From NCBI RefSeq assembly GCF_000196355.1, contig NC_007614.1, forward strand, positions 2,970,001-3,002,000: a stretch of 32,000 bases of DNA. The letters run 5' to 3'. This DNA comes from Nitrosospira multiformis ATCC 25196. GTDB lineage: Bacteria > Pseudomonadota > Gammaproteobacteria > Burkholderiales > Nitrosomonadaceae. Each line of letters starts with the position of its first letter. Positions within the stretch are counted from its first letter, which is position 1. The position numbers were made by a program, and so were the translations under genes. The notes below the pieces were generated by a model. It worked only from the letters and a program-made list of their open reading frames with translations. It searched no databases and was not told the origin of the DNA. Below, in pieces: positions 1-9,902 of the stretch.

Positions 1-440
1 TCCTGCAGCACGGAGCGGACCTCGCTTGAAGCAGCTGCATACTCCCCCCGCTCCAGCAATTCTTCCGCTCGTTTTATTGCCGCTGTATGGCGGCGATCCA
101 TATTGATCGCCTCCAACCCGGCGAGTGCGCGTTCATGACGTGGATTTATTTCAAGCGCCCGGCGAAAACTCCGTTCAGCCGCTTCCAGATCACCTGTCGA
201 CCTTGCGGCTTCCGCCTCGAATACGAAACGCGCGGCTATCGCTTCGCGCTGGCGCGCGAGCACCGCGCGAATTTCAAGATTATCCGGATTTTCGCGCGCC
301 GCCTGTTCGAGACTGGCAAGCCCAGTGTCGAGCTTGCCCTCGGCTATGAGCCGCTTGCCCTCCACGAACGCATTGTTTGTCGCGCATCCTGCAATTCCGG
401 CAAGAACCAGGGCAAGCAGAACGTGTTTGCCAGTTTTCAT
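1..440 (-). CDS. TPR-containing lipoprotein, probable N-terminal part of a GspD/secretin-like protein (partial, runs off window)
   Basis: Reverse-strand translation MKTGKHVLLALVLAGIAGCATNNAFVEGKRLIAEGKLDTGLASLEQAARENPDNLEIRA...; lipobox AGC, TPR-like repeats; overlaps the next upstream gene by 4 nt (ATGA); sits at the end of a secretion gene cluster. Confidence 0.7.
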   Translation of the reverse strand, partial: MKTGKHVLLALVLAGIAGCATNNAFVEGKRLIAEGKLDTGLASLEQAARENPDNLEIRAVLARQREAIAARFVFEAEAARSTGDLEAAERSFRRALEINPRHERALAGLEAINMDRRHTAAIKRAEELLERGEYAAASSEVRSVLQ

Positions 441-961
441 GGAATGTTTGCCGTTCCCGCAGTAGCAAGCATCTGCCTGGCGTTAAGAGGAAGATAGGTG
501 AACGTGATGCCGCGATCGCTCACCTCATCCAATCGATACTGGTTATTGATGCTCTCACCAGGTCTGACGATATAATTGCGTTCTCCCAGGGCGAGAAACA
601 CGCGTGTTTCATTCCCTTCGACAACCTTGCCCAGATACCTGAATTGCATCGGTGGCGGAGAGGGCCGCCTTGGCGGCTCCGGACGAGGAGGCGGAACCCA
701 TGATCTCTGTCCGAAAATGTCACCTGCCTGGGCACTGAATTTTCTGCGCTCCAACCGCCCGAGATCCAGCTCAGCGGCTTCATTTTCGGGGGCGTTCCTG
801 CCTGCAGGCGCTTCCTTTTGGAAATGGGGTGCTTCAGCAGAATCTGGAAGCGTTTCCGGACCTGCTTCGCCTTCTTCTCCGCTCACCCATTGGGCCACGA
901 GAAGCGTGGCCAGCAGCGCTCCAGCCAGCCATAACCTGCGCGCCTTCTCTGTCGGTTTCAA
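437..961 (-). CDS. PulC/PilP-like periplasmic secretion component
   Basis: 174 aa ORF with N-terminal TM, proline-rich linker and a C-terminal module (FRYLGKVVEGNETRVFLALGERNYIVRPGESINNQYRLDEVSDRGITFTYLPLN) typical of PulC/PilP-like proteins; operon context. Confidence 0.65.
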   Translation of the reverse strand: MKPTEKARRLWLAGALLATLLVAQWVSGEEGEAGPETLPDSAEAPHFQKEAPAGRNAPENEAAELDLGRLERRKFSAQAGDIFGQRSWVPPPRPEPPRRPSPPPMQFRYLGKVVEGNETRVFLALGERNYIVRPGESINNQYRLDEVSDRGITFTYLPLNARQMLATAGTANIP

Positions 962-1536
962 TGCTTGCCTTCGCTCAGATAGAGATTGAATTTGATATTC
1001 GCTTCCAGCAGCTCCGCGTGTACCCCCTCGCGCCGGATGGCAACGTCAACCAGCGCCATTGCCGGTACCGCGTGCAAGGCATCGGCAATGAAACCCCGCA
1101 ATTGGGAATAATTTCCGCGGACCGGCACCATCATTTCGTAGCGCGCCAGTTTCAGATCCTTCTCTCGTATCATGCGATATTCAGTGCCGCTGATTTCCAC
1201 GCCCCGTTCTCCTGCAATCCGTACCAGTTCTCCAATCCACAACGGGGATGAATCCAGCTTCGGAAAAAATGCGTAGAACGCCGGCAATGCCTGATCGCCA
1301 CGCAGCCTTCGGCGGTGGCTTCCGCTCTCGGCGGAAGGCTCCATTCTTATCCTTGCTTCCAGCACCTCGGCTTCAGCCCTGAGTGCTTTCGATTCCTCCT
1401 GCCGCGGCAACACGGCTACCAGAAAAAATACGGCGGAGAATACAAGCAGCCCGAAACCGATTTTTCCCGCAGGACCAAGCCGCTCCATTTGCCAGCGCAC
1501 CCGCAGCCATACCGTTTTAAGGGAATTCAAGTCCAT
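958..1536 (-). CDS. PilO/GspM-like inner membrane protein
   Basis: 192 aa, single N-terminal TM, coiled coil and ferredoxin-like C-terminus (VPVRGNYSQLRGFIADALHAVPAMALVDVAIRRE); position in cluster. Confidence 0.6.
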   Translation of the reverse strand: MDLNSLKTVWLRVRWQMERLGPAGKIGFGLLVFSAVFFLVAVLPRQEESKALRAEAEVLEARIRMEPSAESGSHRRRLRGDQALPAFYAFFPKLDSSPLWIGELVRIAGERGVEISGTEYRMIREKDLKLARYEMMVPVRGNYSQLRGFIADALHAVPAMALVDVAIRREGVHAELLEANIKFNLYLSEGKH

Positions 1537-2051
1537 GACGCCGTCAGGAAAAAAACCACCGGCCGCTGGGGATCATCCCGTTTGATTTCATACTTGAGCA
1601 GATAAGCATCCTTGACAGCGGATTGCCGCTCCAGTTCACTGACAAAATCAAGCATGGCCGATATATTCTTTGCTTCCCCGCCGATACGGACCGTGCGGCC
1701 AAAAACATCCGGTTGAAACGACAGCAAGGCCACCTCCTGGCTCGCCGCATGCTCGACTGAATCAAAAAGTGACTCCCATGGCAAATCGATCTCGCTCATC
1801 ACCGCATTGGCTTTTTTTAGCTCTTTTTTTATTTCACCCCCGCCCTGTGCCGACCAGACGCGGGGCGCAATCTTGCGTTGCGCTCGCCGATCCATGCTGG
1901 CGATGCGCAGATCCCAATAAGCCACCTCGTCCATGGCCGATCTGAACTGATGCAATACTCCTGCCAGGGCGACAGCGCCCAGCAAGACGAGGAAGTAACC
2001 CGCACTCCGCGCCTCTCCCTCGGGGGGGAATCTCAGCTTCAACCTACGCAT
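1527..2051 (-). CDS. PilN-like inner membrane protein
   Basis: 174 aa, N-terminal TM plus coiled coil; overlaps neighbours; position between PilM-like and PilO-like ORFs. Confidence 0.55.
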   Translation of the reverse strand: MRRLKLRFPPEGEARSAGYFLVLLGAVALAGVLHQFRSAMDEVAYWDLRIASMDRRAQRKIAPRVWSAQGGGEIKKELKKANAVMSEIDLPWESLFDSVEHAASQEVALLSFQPDVFGRTVRIGGEAKNISAMLDFVSELERQSAVKDAYLLKYEIKRDDPQRPVVFFLTASWT

Positions 2052-2875
2052 CAGGTGTTGCGGTCTCGGTCATGTGATTGAAAGGGTAATGGGCCGGGAG
2101 CAGGGCGCGTTTTATCCTCCAGTGGAACAATTTGCCAGCCGCTACCTTCCGGCAAGGCCAAGCCGGGATGCTCCGGCGCGAAAAGACACACCTGTTCCGA
2201 GGTTCCGGCAGGCGCGGAAAAAAGCAGCGCTTCACGCTCGAGCGCGACAAGAAGCTCCTCTTCCACATCATCCAGTATTCTCTGATTCAGGATGCGCAGC
2301 CATGCGCCCCTTTCCAGCAGCGCCAGACAAAGCCGCCCGGTTTCGATCAGCGCGAACCACGCGCGCCCCTTGCCGAAACGGTCGTGCCAGTGGTCGAATA
2401 CGCTCGTGAAATAAGGCTCCACGTATTTGAGCTTCATCCGCTGACTGCCAGCGAGTTCTTCCAGTCCTTGCAAAAAACCGCGCTCTACCGCTGCACAAAC
2501 GGCCCCGGTTGCCGGATCCCAGGAACTTATGGTGAGTTCCCATTCGCCGGTTCGCTCCCCGTATATTTCCCGCATCTGGAAAGCTGCATAAGCCTGCAAC
2601 TCCGCCGGAGTCTCGATCCCTGATTGGGGCGGTATCACGGCGTAGCGGACAAAGTGATTGGATAGAAGAACATGGATCTCGGCGCCGGTTCCGGCCGGAA
2701 GCATCCGTTTCAACTGGGCAAGCGCCGCTCCCCAGGCGATTCCCTCGCCAGCGCGTTCACATGCTGCCACCTGTCTCTCGGCCTGACCTGGTTTTACGTG
2801 GCGCTGCAGGCGGACGAGCTCGACCCGGTGCGGAGACAAAAAAGCGCTGATTCGGTTACGCCGCAATAGTGACAC
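2051..2875 (-). CDS. PilM/GspL-like actin-fold protein
   Basis: ORF track gives 2051..2929; a GTG start at 2875 (VSLLRRNRISAFLSPHRVELVRLQRHVKPG) fits better with the overlap of the upstream gspE stop. PilM-like composition and context. Confidence 0.55.
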   Translation of the reverse strand: MSLLRRNRISAFLSPHRVELVRLQRHVKPGQAERQVAACERAGEGIAWGAALAQLKRMLPAGTGAEIHVLLSNHFVRYAVIPPQSGIETPAELQAYAAFQMREIYGERTGEWELTISSWDPATGAVCAAVERGFLQGLEELAGSQRMKLKYVEPYFTSVFDHWHDRFGKGRAWFALIETGRLCLALLERGAWLRILNQRILDDVEEELLVALEREALLFSAPAGTSEQVCLFAPEHPGLALPEGSGWQIVPLEDKTRPAPGPLPFQSHDRDRNT

Positions 2876-4655
2876 GGTTTGCCTCCTGTAGACTCGTCTG
2901 CCCGCTCCTGACCATGGCCAAAGCAGCATCCCGCAGGAACAGGGTGCCTCCCCGCCGCGCGGCTTCCTTTATACGGCGTACGGGTTCTTTCGCTACGATG
3001 AGTTCGCGGATTTCATCGTTCAGCACCAGGATTTCCGCGATTGCGTTTCGCCCCCGATAGCCGCTTCCCCGGCAATGGCCGCATCCTTTGCCGCTGCGGA
3101 ATCTGAACGCGGCGATCTGCTCAGGATCGATTCCGGATTCCGCAATCAGCTGCTCGTCGGGCTGTTCTTCCACTGCGCAATGCACGCAAAGCAGGCGCAC
3201 CAGCCTTTGCGCGGCAACCCCATTCAAGGCAGAAACGAAACTGTAGGGATCCACTCCCATGTGGGTAAAACGGCCAATGACATCAAAAACGCTATTGGCA
3301 TGTACGGTGGTGAATACGAGATGGCCGGTCAAAGCAGCCTGAATGGCAATCTGCGCCGTTTCCGGATCGCGGATTTCGCCTACCATGATCTTGTCGGGGT
3401 CGTGGCGCAGGATGGAGCGAAGGCCGCGCACGAAAGTCAATCCTTTTTTCTCGTTGACAGGTATCTGCAATACGCCAGGCAATTGATACTCGATCGGGTC
3501 TTCGATGGTAATGATCTTATCGTGACCCTGGTTGACTTCCGAAATCGCCGCATAAAGCGTGGTAGTCTTCCCGCTGCCGGTGGGGCCTGTCACCAGCAGC
3601 ATTCCATAGGGCTCCGAGCTCAAGCGTCGCAGGGTGGATATGGCGACCCGATCGAATCCAAGATGATCGAGGGTCAAGCCCTTGACATGATCAGCCAGCG
3701 CCTGGCGGTCGAGAATGCGCAGTACCGCATCTTCTCCGAAAGCACTGGGCATGATCGAAACACGAAAGTCGATCTCCCGCCCCTGAATGGAAATCTTGAA
3801 ACGGCCATCCTGGGGAACTCGCCGCTCAGCTATATCCAGATCGGACATTACCTTGATACGGGAAATGACCTGTTCCGCCAGATCCGCCCCCTGCACCACT
3901 CCAATCATGGTCAGTACACCGTCAATACGATATTTGATCGACAGGGCTCCGGGAACGACTTCCAGGTGAATATCGCTCGCGTGCGACTTATGGGCATCAT
4001 ACAGCGTCGAATGCACCAAACGGACTACCTGGCTGGTGCCTTCGTTGATTGTCTTCAGCGAGAGGTCTTCCTCGCCCGGCTGCCTGGCGCCCCGCTCTGC
4101 CGCAGGCAGCACGCTGTCCATGGCGCGCATGGTCTGCTCCTGCTGGCTGAAAAAGGCTGTCAGATCGGCGGGATGAACCAGGTGCCATATCGCGGGAACA
4201 TCGATATATTCTTCCGCCCAGGCCCTCAAGCTGGAGGAAAAGGGATTGCTGACGGCAAGGATGTGCTTCCCCTGCTGGCGAAGCAATACGCACTCCTTTT
4301 TAGTGGCTTCACTGAAAGGCAATATTTCAAACGCCGGAGTTGATGCCCGTAACTTCTCCATCGTCAATACCGGCATCCTGAGCAGCCGCCCGAGTTCTGC
4401 GATCAACTGCTCCGGCGCGCATCCCAGTGTTTCCTCCAGGATGCTGACCACCGGAACACCCCGGTTGGCGGCCTCGCTGCGCGCCACGCCCAACCGCTGC
4501 GCATCCAGCAGCAATATCTGAGACGGCGGCTGTGATGCCCGCGCGTCTACCGGAAGCTCATTCCGGGAATATTCTTCCTGAAGCGCAAGAGATGGGTGCC
4601 CCGTTTGCTCGGGATTCTCCCTGCGCTCGCTGATGAGTACGGAAGGTGCATTCAT
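2856..4655 (-). CDS. gspE: Type II secretion / type IV pilus assembly ATPase GspE/PilB family
   Basis: 599 aa; Walker A GPTGSGKTTTLYAAISEVN, Walker B region GLRSILRHDPDKIMVGEIRDPETA, HANSVFDVIGRFTHMG, tetracysteine CVHCAVEE...CGHCRGSGYRGR. Confidence 0.95.
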   Translation of the reverse strand: MNAPSVLISERRENPEQTGHPSLALQEEYSRNELPVDARASQPPSQILLLDAQRLGVARSEAANRGVPVVSILEETLGCAPEQLIAELGRLLRMPVLTMEKLRASTPAFEILPFSEATKKECVLLRQQGKHILAVSNPFSSSLRAWAEEYIDVPAIWHLVHPADLTAFFSQQEQTMRAMDSVLPAAERGARQPGEEDLSLKTINEGTSQVVRLVHSTLYDAHKSHASDIHLEVVPGALSIKYRIDGVLTMIGVVQGADLAEQVISRIKVMSDLDIAERRVPQDGRFKISIQGREIDFRVSIMPSAFGEDAVLRILDRQALADHVKGLTLDHLGFDRVAISTLRRLSSEPYGMLLVTGPTGSGKTTTLYAAISEVNQGHDKIITIEDPIEYQLPGVLQIPVNEKKGLTFVRGLRSILRHDPDKIMVGEIRDPETAQIAIQAALTGHLVFTTVHANSVFDVIGRFTHMGVDPYSFVSALNGVAAQRLVRLLCVHCAVEEQPDEQLIAESGIDPEQIAAFRFRSGKGCGHCRGSGYRGRNAIAEILVLNDEIRELIVAKEPVRRIKEAARRGGTLFLRDAALAMVRSGQTSLQEANRVTIAA

Positions 4656-4974
4656 AATGTATATCCCATCGCCCTTATCGAACGATTCGGCAATGGATCA
4701 ACGAAAGAAAAACCGGAATCCGTCCTGCAAATTCTGCTCTGCAGGCGACCCAACAGCACCAGCACCACGCACGACCCCAGGCTTAACGATTCATGGAAGA
4801 CCGGGAGCAATCTTTGTAGCCGCCGTTTGAGCAATCTGACCTGTCCGCACCTGCAGCACAGTGCCGCCCTCATCTCGATTGCGCAGCAAAACAGGGAAAT
4901 CCCATGACTTAAGGATGCTTTCTCCTCAGCAGAAGCAACGCATCTTCACGGGTAACCGGGGGACGGCAATAGGC

Positions 4975-6159
4975 TCAACCCACGCTTCCCGCCAGCTGAA
5001 AGATGGGCATATACATGAGGATGATGATCCCGCCGATGACTGCGCCGATCACGGCCATCAACACCGGTTCGATCAGCTTCGTCAGCCATTCGACCCACCG
5101 CGCAATTTCTTCATCATGAAAGTTGCCGATCCGCTCCATCATTTCACCCATGAGGCCGGTTCTCTCGCCGACTCTCAGCATCCGGTTTCCCACTGCGGTG
5201 GTCAACCCTTGCGCTTCCATCGCGCTGGAAATGGGTTTTCCTTCACGGATAAGAACCGCCGCTGCCTCGACCTTTGGCCGAAAGTGCGGCTGAAGCAGGC
5301 CGGTAACCATTTCCAGGGCTTTTGCAATCGGAATGCCCCCGCGCAACAACATGCCCAGTGTCCGGTAAAAACGCGCAAGCTGGTAAACGCGCATGCGTTC
5401 CCCGATGGCCGGAATGCGCCATAACTGCTGTGCCGCATGCATCTTGAAAGAAGGACGTGTGACCCCGTACAGGATGATGCTGGAGACCGCCGCCACAAGA
5501 ACTGCCAGCTGCCCCCCTTGCTCATGCACGAAATGCCCCCATCGAATCAGTAGCACGGAAAGAAAGGGCAGGTCCGCTCCGGTATCTTCGTAAATGGCGC
5601 TGAATTTCGGTACTACAAAAATCAGCAGGAAGATAGCAACCAGCAATCCGATTATCAGGAGGAGAACGGGGTAGATGGATGCACCGATCAGCTTCTTTCG
5701 AACCAGATCCATCTGCGTCTGATAAGCGATGAAACGCGTCAACGCTTCGGGCAGATCACCCGTACGTTCGCTCGCGCGCGCAGTAGCGATATAGAGCGGT
5801 GGGAAAGCCTGGGGAAAAGATTCGAGTGCCCGTGAAAGGGTTACGCCTTCGTAGAGCCGCGCAAGAAGCCCTTCAATAATCTTGCGCGTGCCATTATCCT
5901 GCTCTTTGTCAGCCAGTGTCTCGATACTTTCCACCAGACTGAGCCCGGCGACCAGCAGGGAAAGCAACTCCTGACTGAAATGCGCCAGCGGAAAGCGCGA
6001 TTTCGGCTTGGGCATCCAGCCTGTAAATCTGCGCCTGACATGCAGGACCATTCCCCCCTGCGCGGCGATCTGGAGACGGGCATCCTCCTCGCTATCGGCT
6101 TCGAGTTCCAGAAGTACTGCGCCTCGTCCGGCGAGCACAGCTTTTACCTCATAACGCAT
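4975..6159 (-). CDS. gspF: Type II secretion system inner membrane protein GspF/PilC family
   Basis: 394 aa with two T2SSF repeats (FSQELLSLLVAGLSLVESIETLADKE; FYRTLGMLLRGGIPIAKALEMV) and terminal TM (VIGAVIGGIIILMYMPIFQLAGSVG). Confidence 0.93.
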   Translation of the reverse strand: MRYEVKAVLAGRGAVLLELEADSEEDARLQIAAQGGMVLHVRRRFTGWMPKPKSRFPLAHFSQELLSLLVAGLSLVESIETLADKEQDNGTRKIIEGLLARLYEGVTLSRALESFPQAFPPLYIATARASERTGDLPEALTRFIAYQTQMDLVRKKLIGASIYPVLLLIIGLLVAIFLLIFVVPKFSAIYEDTGADLPFLSVLLIRWGHFVHEQGGQLAVLVAAVSSIILYGVTRPSFKMHAAQQLWRIPAIGERMRVYQLARFYRTLGMLLRGGIPIAKALEMVTGLLQPHFRPKVEAAAVLIREGKPISSAMEAQGLTTAVGNRMLRVGERTGLMGEMMERIGNFHDEEIARWVEWLTKLIEPVLMAVIGAVIGGIIILMYMPIFQLAGSVG

Positions 6160-6165
6160 TGCAGC

Positions 6166-6642
6166 CTACCAGTTCGTAATGTCGGCTGCTTCACCTGTAC
6201 CCCCGGGTTGACCGTCCTTGCCGTAGGAAAACAGGTCGTACTCCCCATGTTCACCGGGATATCTATAAACGTATGCCCGTCCCCAGGGATCCGGCGGCGA
6301 TGTTTTTTTCAGATAAGGCCCCTGCCATTTCGGCTCGCTGGATGGACGTATCGTCAATGCCGCAAGGCCCTGCTCGGGAGTCGGGTAGTGTCCGGTATCC
6401 AGCCGATACTGGTCCAGTGCTTTTTCCAGGGAATCGATCTGGGCCTGAGCCACTTTCACCTCGGATTTTCCTACCTGGGAAAAATACTTGGGCGCCACAT
6501 AACCCGCCAGCAAGCCGATGATGACCATCACGACGAGCAATTCAAGTAACGTGAATCCGCCAGTCGTTTTACCCCAGCGCAGCGCGCTTGACTCCCTCAT
6601 TTCAGTATTCTGATTTTGATATCTGCTCATGGACTTCCACAA
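6166..6642 (-). CDS. gspG: Type II secretion major pseudopilin GspG
   Basis: Prepilin motif GGFTLLELLVVMVIIGLLAGYVAPKYFSQVGKSE and C-terminal WGRAYVYRYPGEHGEYDLFSYGKDGQPGG. True start may be the ATG at 6630 or 6600. Confidence 0.93.
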   Translation of the reverse strand: MWKSMSRYQNQNTEMRESSALRWGKTTGGFTLLELLVVMVIIGLLAGYVAPKYFSQVGKSEVKVAQAQIDSLEKALDQYRLDTGHYPTPEQGLAALTIRPSSEPKWQGPYLKKTSPPDPWGRAYVYRYPGEHGEYDLFSYGKDGQPGGTGEAADITNW

Positions 6643-7320
6643 CCCAGTGTAAGTGTATTACGTGACAAAACTATTACTAAAAACAAGCAAGGGTAGCTAA
6701 AAAAGTCTGATTGACGGGCAGATAAAAACCGCGCGAATCATATTAACTTCCCTGTAATTAACTTTCCTGTGATTTCGCAAGTAATAAGGGAAAACAGCAT
6801 CGCAGCCAGCGCTCGCATGAAGTGTTTTCAAGGGCTTTCCATTTTGGTACAGTAGAGGGCATCCGTGCTCCCCGAGCCGATGATACTTCCGCCGGCGGAA
6901 CCCGGCTGACTTCAAGTGCTTCCCCACTTCCATGCCATGCTATTCTCGAATACATTCAGGTAACTGAAAGCGAGAAGAAACGGGGTACTGGGCGCGATAA
7001 CCCTGCTTCGTCACAGGAAAAATTATACTATCCTGCGTCCCGATTCGGCAGCAGTAAGAGAGGTAATTACTTCGGCGCCGTGTAACTCGAGCATTAGCTT
7101 GGTGACAATCAATATCTCCCTCTCATAGTCTACGACTAATATCTTATGGCCGGAAAGGGACGGGTTTAGATTATTCATCCAATGGAGACAGAGTTGCTAT
7201 CGGTCAAAATTTTATTAATACTTTCTTAGCCTGTTCTGTTCGCACGGCCACATAAGAGCTTAAAGCAGTTCAAAGCACCTGACCCGGCAGAATTTGCAGC
7301 CAGCTGCTGCATGCAGGACG

Positions 7321-7475
7321 TCAACCGCGATAATCAAGGATAACGGGAGGCATGGACTGCTTCTGACACCTCAACACGATTGATTGATATTCTTTCAACA
7401 CTTCCATAACAGCTCCCCTATCCACCGGCTTCACGAGGTGCGAGTCAAATCTCGCTCCCGATCCCACTTACCGCT
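7321..7475 (-). pseudogene. C-terminal remnant of a response-regulator receiver domain
   Basis: Reverse strand reads KWDRERDLTR (one frame) then FDSHLVKPVDRGAVMEVLKEYQS (next frame), matching the ...DRERSREAGFDxHLVKPVDxxxLxxLL end of receiver domains, with a frameshift and no upstream domain body. Confidence 0.6.
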
Positions 7476-7601
7476 GGACAAAAACGACGCCCCGGTATCT
7501 CCTCATCCTGGAGAAATCTTTTTTGGCCGACTGTGAAGCCTCTATTCGGCTCTGCTGCCTATGCCCGCGGCCCTCTCGGGTCAAAGGAAGGCGAGATATC
7601 C

Positions 7602-8003
7602 CTACAGTTTCGGCGGCTCTAATCTGAAGCCGGACATCACCACTACCTGAACGGGAGAAAAGTGAGCCATGTCCTCCGTTCTCGCCAGGATATTCTGTAC
7701 TTGCGAGAACTGATGCCGAAACTCAGCCTCATAAATTCTCCGAGCCAGCAGCTTCGCGACCCTCTCCGGCCACCCCAGTTTCCACCAATTGGCAATGGCT
7801 ATCCCGATGTCTCCCGTTTCCCGGATCATTCTCAAAACTGGACTTGGGTACTCGCCCGCATCGTAAAGTATTTCCATTTTCTTAATCCCCCACCTGTTAG
7901 AGATATTTGCAGCATGAGACATTAATCCTCTTTTTTTACAATTGTGAGACTCGTCCTCAATAACCGACCATAGCGATAGCTCATCAAGAGGAAGAATATT
8001 CAT
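7602..8003 (-). CDS. Hypothetical protein
   Basis: Open from MNILPLDELSLWSVIEDESHNCKKRG... to ...GFRLEPPKL (134 aa); protein-like composition; no family recognised. Confidence 0.4.
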   Translation of the reverse strand: MNILPLDELSLWSVIEDESHNCKKRGLMSHAANISNRWGIKKMEILYDAGEYPSPVLRMIRETGDIGIAIANWWKLGWPERVAKLLARRIYEAEFRHQFSQVQNILARTEDMAHFSPVQVVVMSGFRLEPPKL

Positions 8004-8309
8004 TGGATAAGCGCCTTGACCCCTTGTCTTTCCGGTAGGAAGCCTAGCATTGCAGCACTGGCGATGTACGCAAGTTTGCAGATGTCGACGCCCTGGTGAC
8101 GGCATCGCATGTGTAGCGGACGTAACATTTTTTAACGCAGCAAGGACACTCAGGGTGAACCGATAAGATACAGTCAGGCTAGACCCACTGAAAAATCCGT
8201 TGGAGTTCCGGACAAGATGGATTCGAGAGGCCGGGCGTTTTACGCAACCGACACAACATGGCGCAGATGAGTTGGCTCGTTCACCTCACGGCACCCCGCC
8301 GTCCAGGAG

Positions 8310-9220
8310 GGATACGTACGGCAGTATTGAAAATACTGTCGCGAAGCTGCGGACGCAGCGTATCGCCTCCTTCGAATATCGGCAACGGCCGTGATCCGTC
8401 CGCAAGCTTCCGTCGCGCAAGGCGCTTGCTGGGATTGTGGAAGGATTATGCCCGACATTGTTCCCCAACCGTGGGTGCCCCAACTCGATGATGAGGGAAT
8501 TGATTATTACATCGGCCACGTGCTGGATGTCACCCTGCGGAAGTTGCTGGCGCAAGTGAAACGGGAGTTGGGAGTTGCTTCGGAACGGGAAGCCTCTGGG
8601 GAGGTAGAAATGGAACACGCGGCAACAATTGTGCATAGCTTCACTCGCCAATTGCCCACATTCGCGAGTTGCTGGATAGCGACATTCAGGCGGCTTTCGA
8701 GGAGGAGCCTGCCGCCCCGAGCATCGACGAAGTACTTGTCTGCTATCCCGGCATAACCACGTTGCGCCTCGGCTCGCTCATGAACTACATTGCCCGGGTA
8801 CCTCTCTCATAGCGCGTATGATTTCGGAAATCCCTCATTCCGTCACCGGTAGCGAGATTCACCCCGAACCCAATTGGCCGCCATTTTCTCATAGATCACA
8901 CCACCGGATGGTCATCGGTGAAACCGCCATCATTGGCCGGCACGTGCGTTTGTATCAGGCTGTCACCCGGGGGCGAAACGTTTTCCGGTGGATGGGCAGG
9001 GCGTACTGTTAAAAGGCAAGTTGCGTCATCCCCCTAGTGGAGGACGATGTTGTTATTTATGCGGGCGCCCCCATACTGGGCCCGTATCACCATTTGGGCT
9101 TGGCGCCACGATCGATGGCAACGTCTGGATCACGCGCAGCATTTCCCCGGCAGTACCGCTTCACAGGCGCGAGTATGCTATGAGGTGTATGACGGCAGGA
9201 GCGGGATCGATCCCCATTTC
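8310..9220 (+). pseudogene. Serine O-acetyltransferase (EpsC/CysE family) pseudogene with multiple frameshifts/stops
   Basis: Fragments across frames: IENTVAKLRTQRIASFEYRQRP*; KLPSRKALAGIVEGLCPTLFPNRG; DEGIDYYIGHVLDVTLRKLLAQVKRELG; IVHSFTRQLPTF; IDEVLVCYPGI; MISEIPHSVTGSEIHP; VIGETAIIGRHVRLYQAVTRG; LLKGKLRHP; GLGATIDGNVWITRSIS. Order is the same as in an intact hexapeptide-repeat serine acetyltransferase. Confidence 0.85.
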
Positions 9221-9674
9221 CCTGATCCCGGCTCCTCATCAGCGTGAAACTCGAAACTCCCCTGTATCTGGATGGGGTATGCAAGGGACGCGAGCCTCTC
9301 ATTCCCAAAAATGCGGTACCGAAAATACTCCCAATAATGTCGGCAATGAAGTCGTCCACCCCTGCCTCGCGACCCGGGAGATACATCTGATGCAATTCAT
9401 CGAGCGCGCCAACGAGCAGGGCGCTAAAAAATGCAATGGCGAGTTTGTGCCATCCACGCAGGTTGCTCGCCCAACCGATCGTGCAAGCAAGCAAGGCAAA
9501 AACACCTGCATGGACCAGTTTATCCCAGGGCGAGGGTATCAAGCCGACCGCTATAGATTGGCGTCCCCCGACAAACAGGACGGCTACGATGCCGAGTGCC
9601 GCCAATATGGCGATAGCAGGAAAATGACGGTATGTTAAGCGCTGCAGGTGCAAGATGAAATTCCTGATTGACAT
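9087..9674 (-). CDS. VanZ-like family membrane protein
   Basis: SPWDKLVHAGVFALLACTIGWASNLRGWHKLAIAFFSALLVGALDELHQMYLPGREAGVDDFIADIIGSIFGT is a VanZ-like signature. C-terminal ~60 aa (antisense to the pseudogene) look non-native. Confidence 0.8.
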   Translation of the reverse strand: MSIRNFILHLQRLTYRHFPAIAILAALGIVAVLFVGGRQSIAVGLIPSPWDKLVHAGVFALLACTIGWASNLRGWHKLAIAFFSALLVGALDELHQMYLPGREAGVDDFIADIIGSIFGTAFLGMRGSRPLHTPSRYRGVSSFTLMRSRDQGNGDRSRSCRHTPHSILAPVKRYCRGNAARDPDVAIDRGAKPKW

Positions 9675-9902
9675 CCACTAGGCGAGCTAATTTACTTATT
9701 TGCCCAGGCCTCTGGTCTACTGATCAAGAAGCCATTTGGACCTCTGATCAGCGGTTGCAGTAAACCGCCCGTAAAGCGGCACAAACAGGCGACTCGTGTC
9801 TCCATCTGCAATCCCGATGGCTCGATCGCCAGGGCTGGCCAGTGCTGCGCAGAATCCGTGACAGGCGATGTGCACCCCCAAGTAATGGGCGGCTGGCATG
9901 GC

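Noticed and set aside
3075-4343. 422 aa plus-strand ORF antisense to gspE
   Set aside because: Entirely antisense to a confidently identified ATPase gene; low-complexity translated content and no family motifs. Typical shadow ORF in GC-rich coding DNA.
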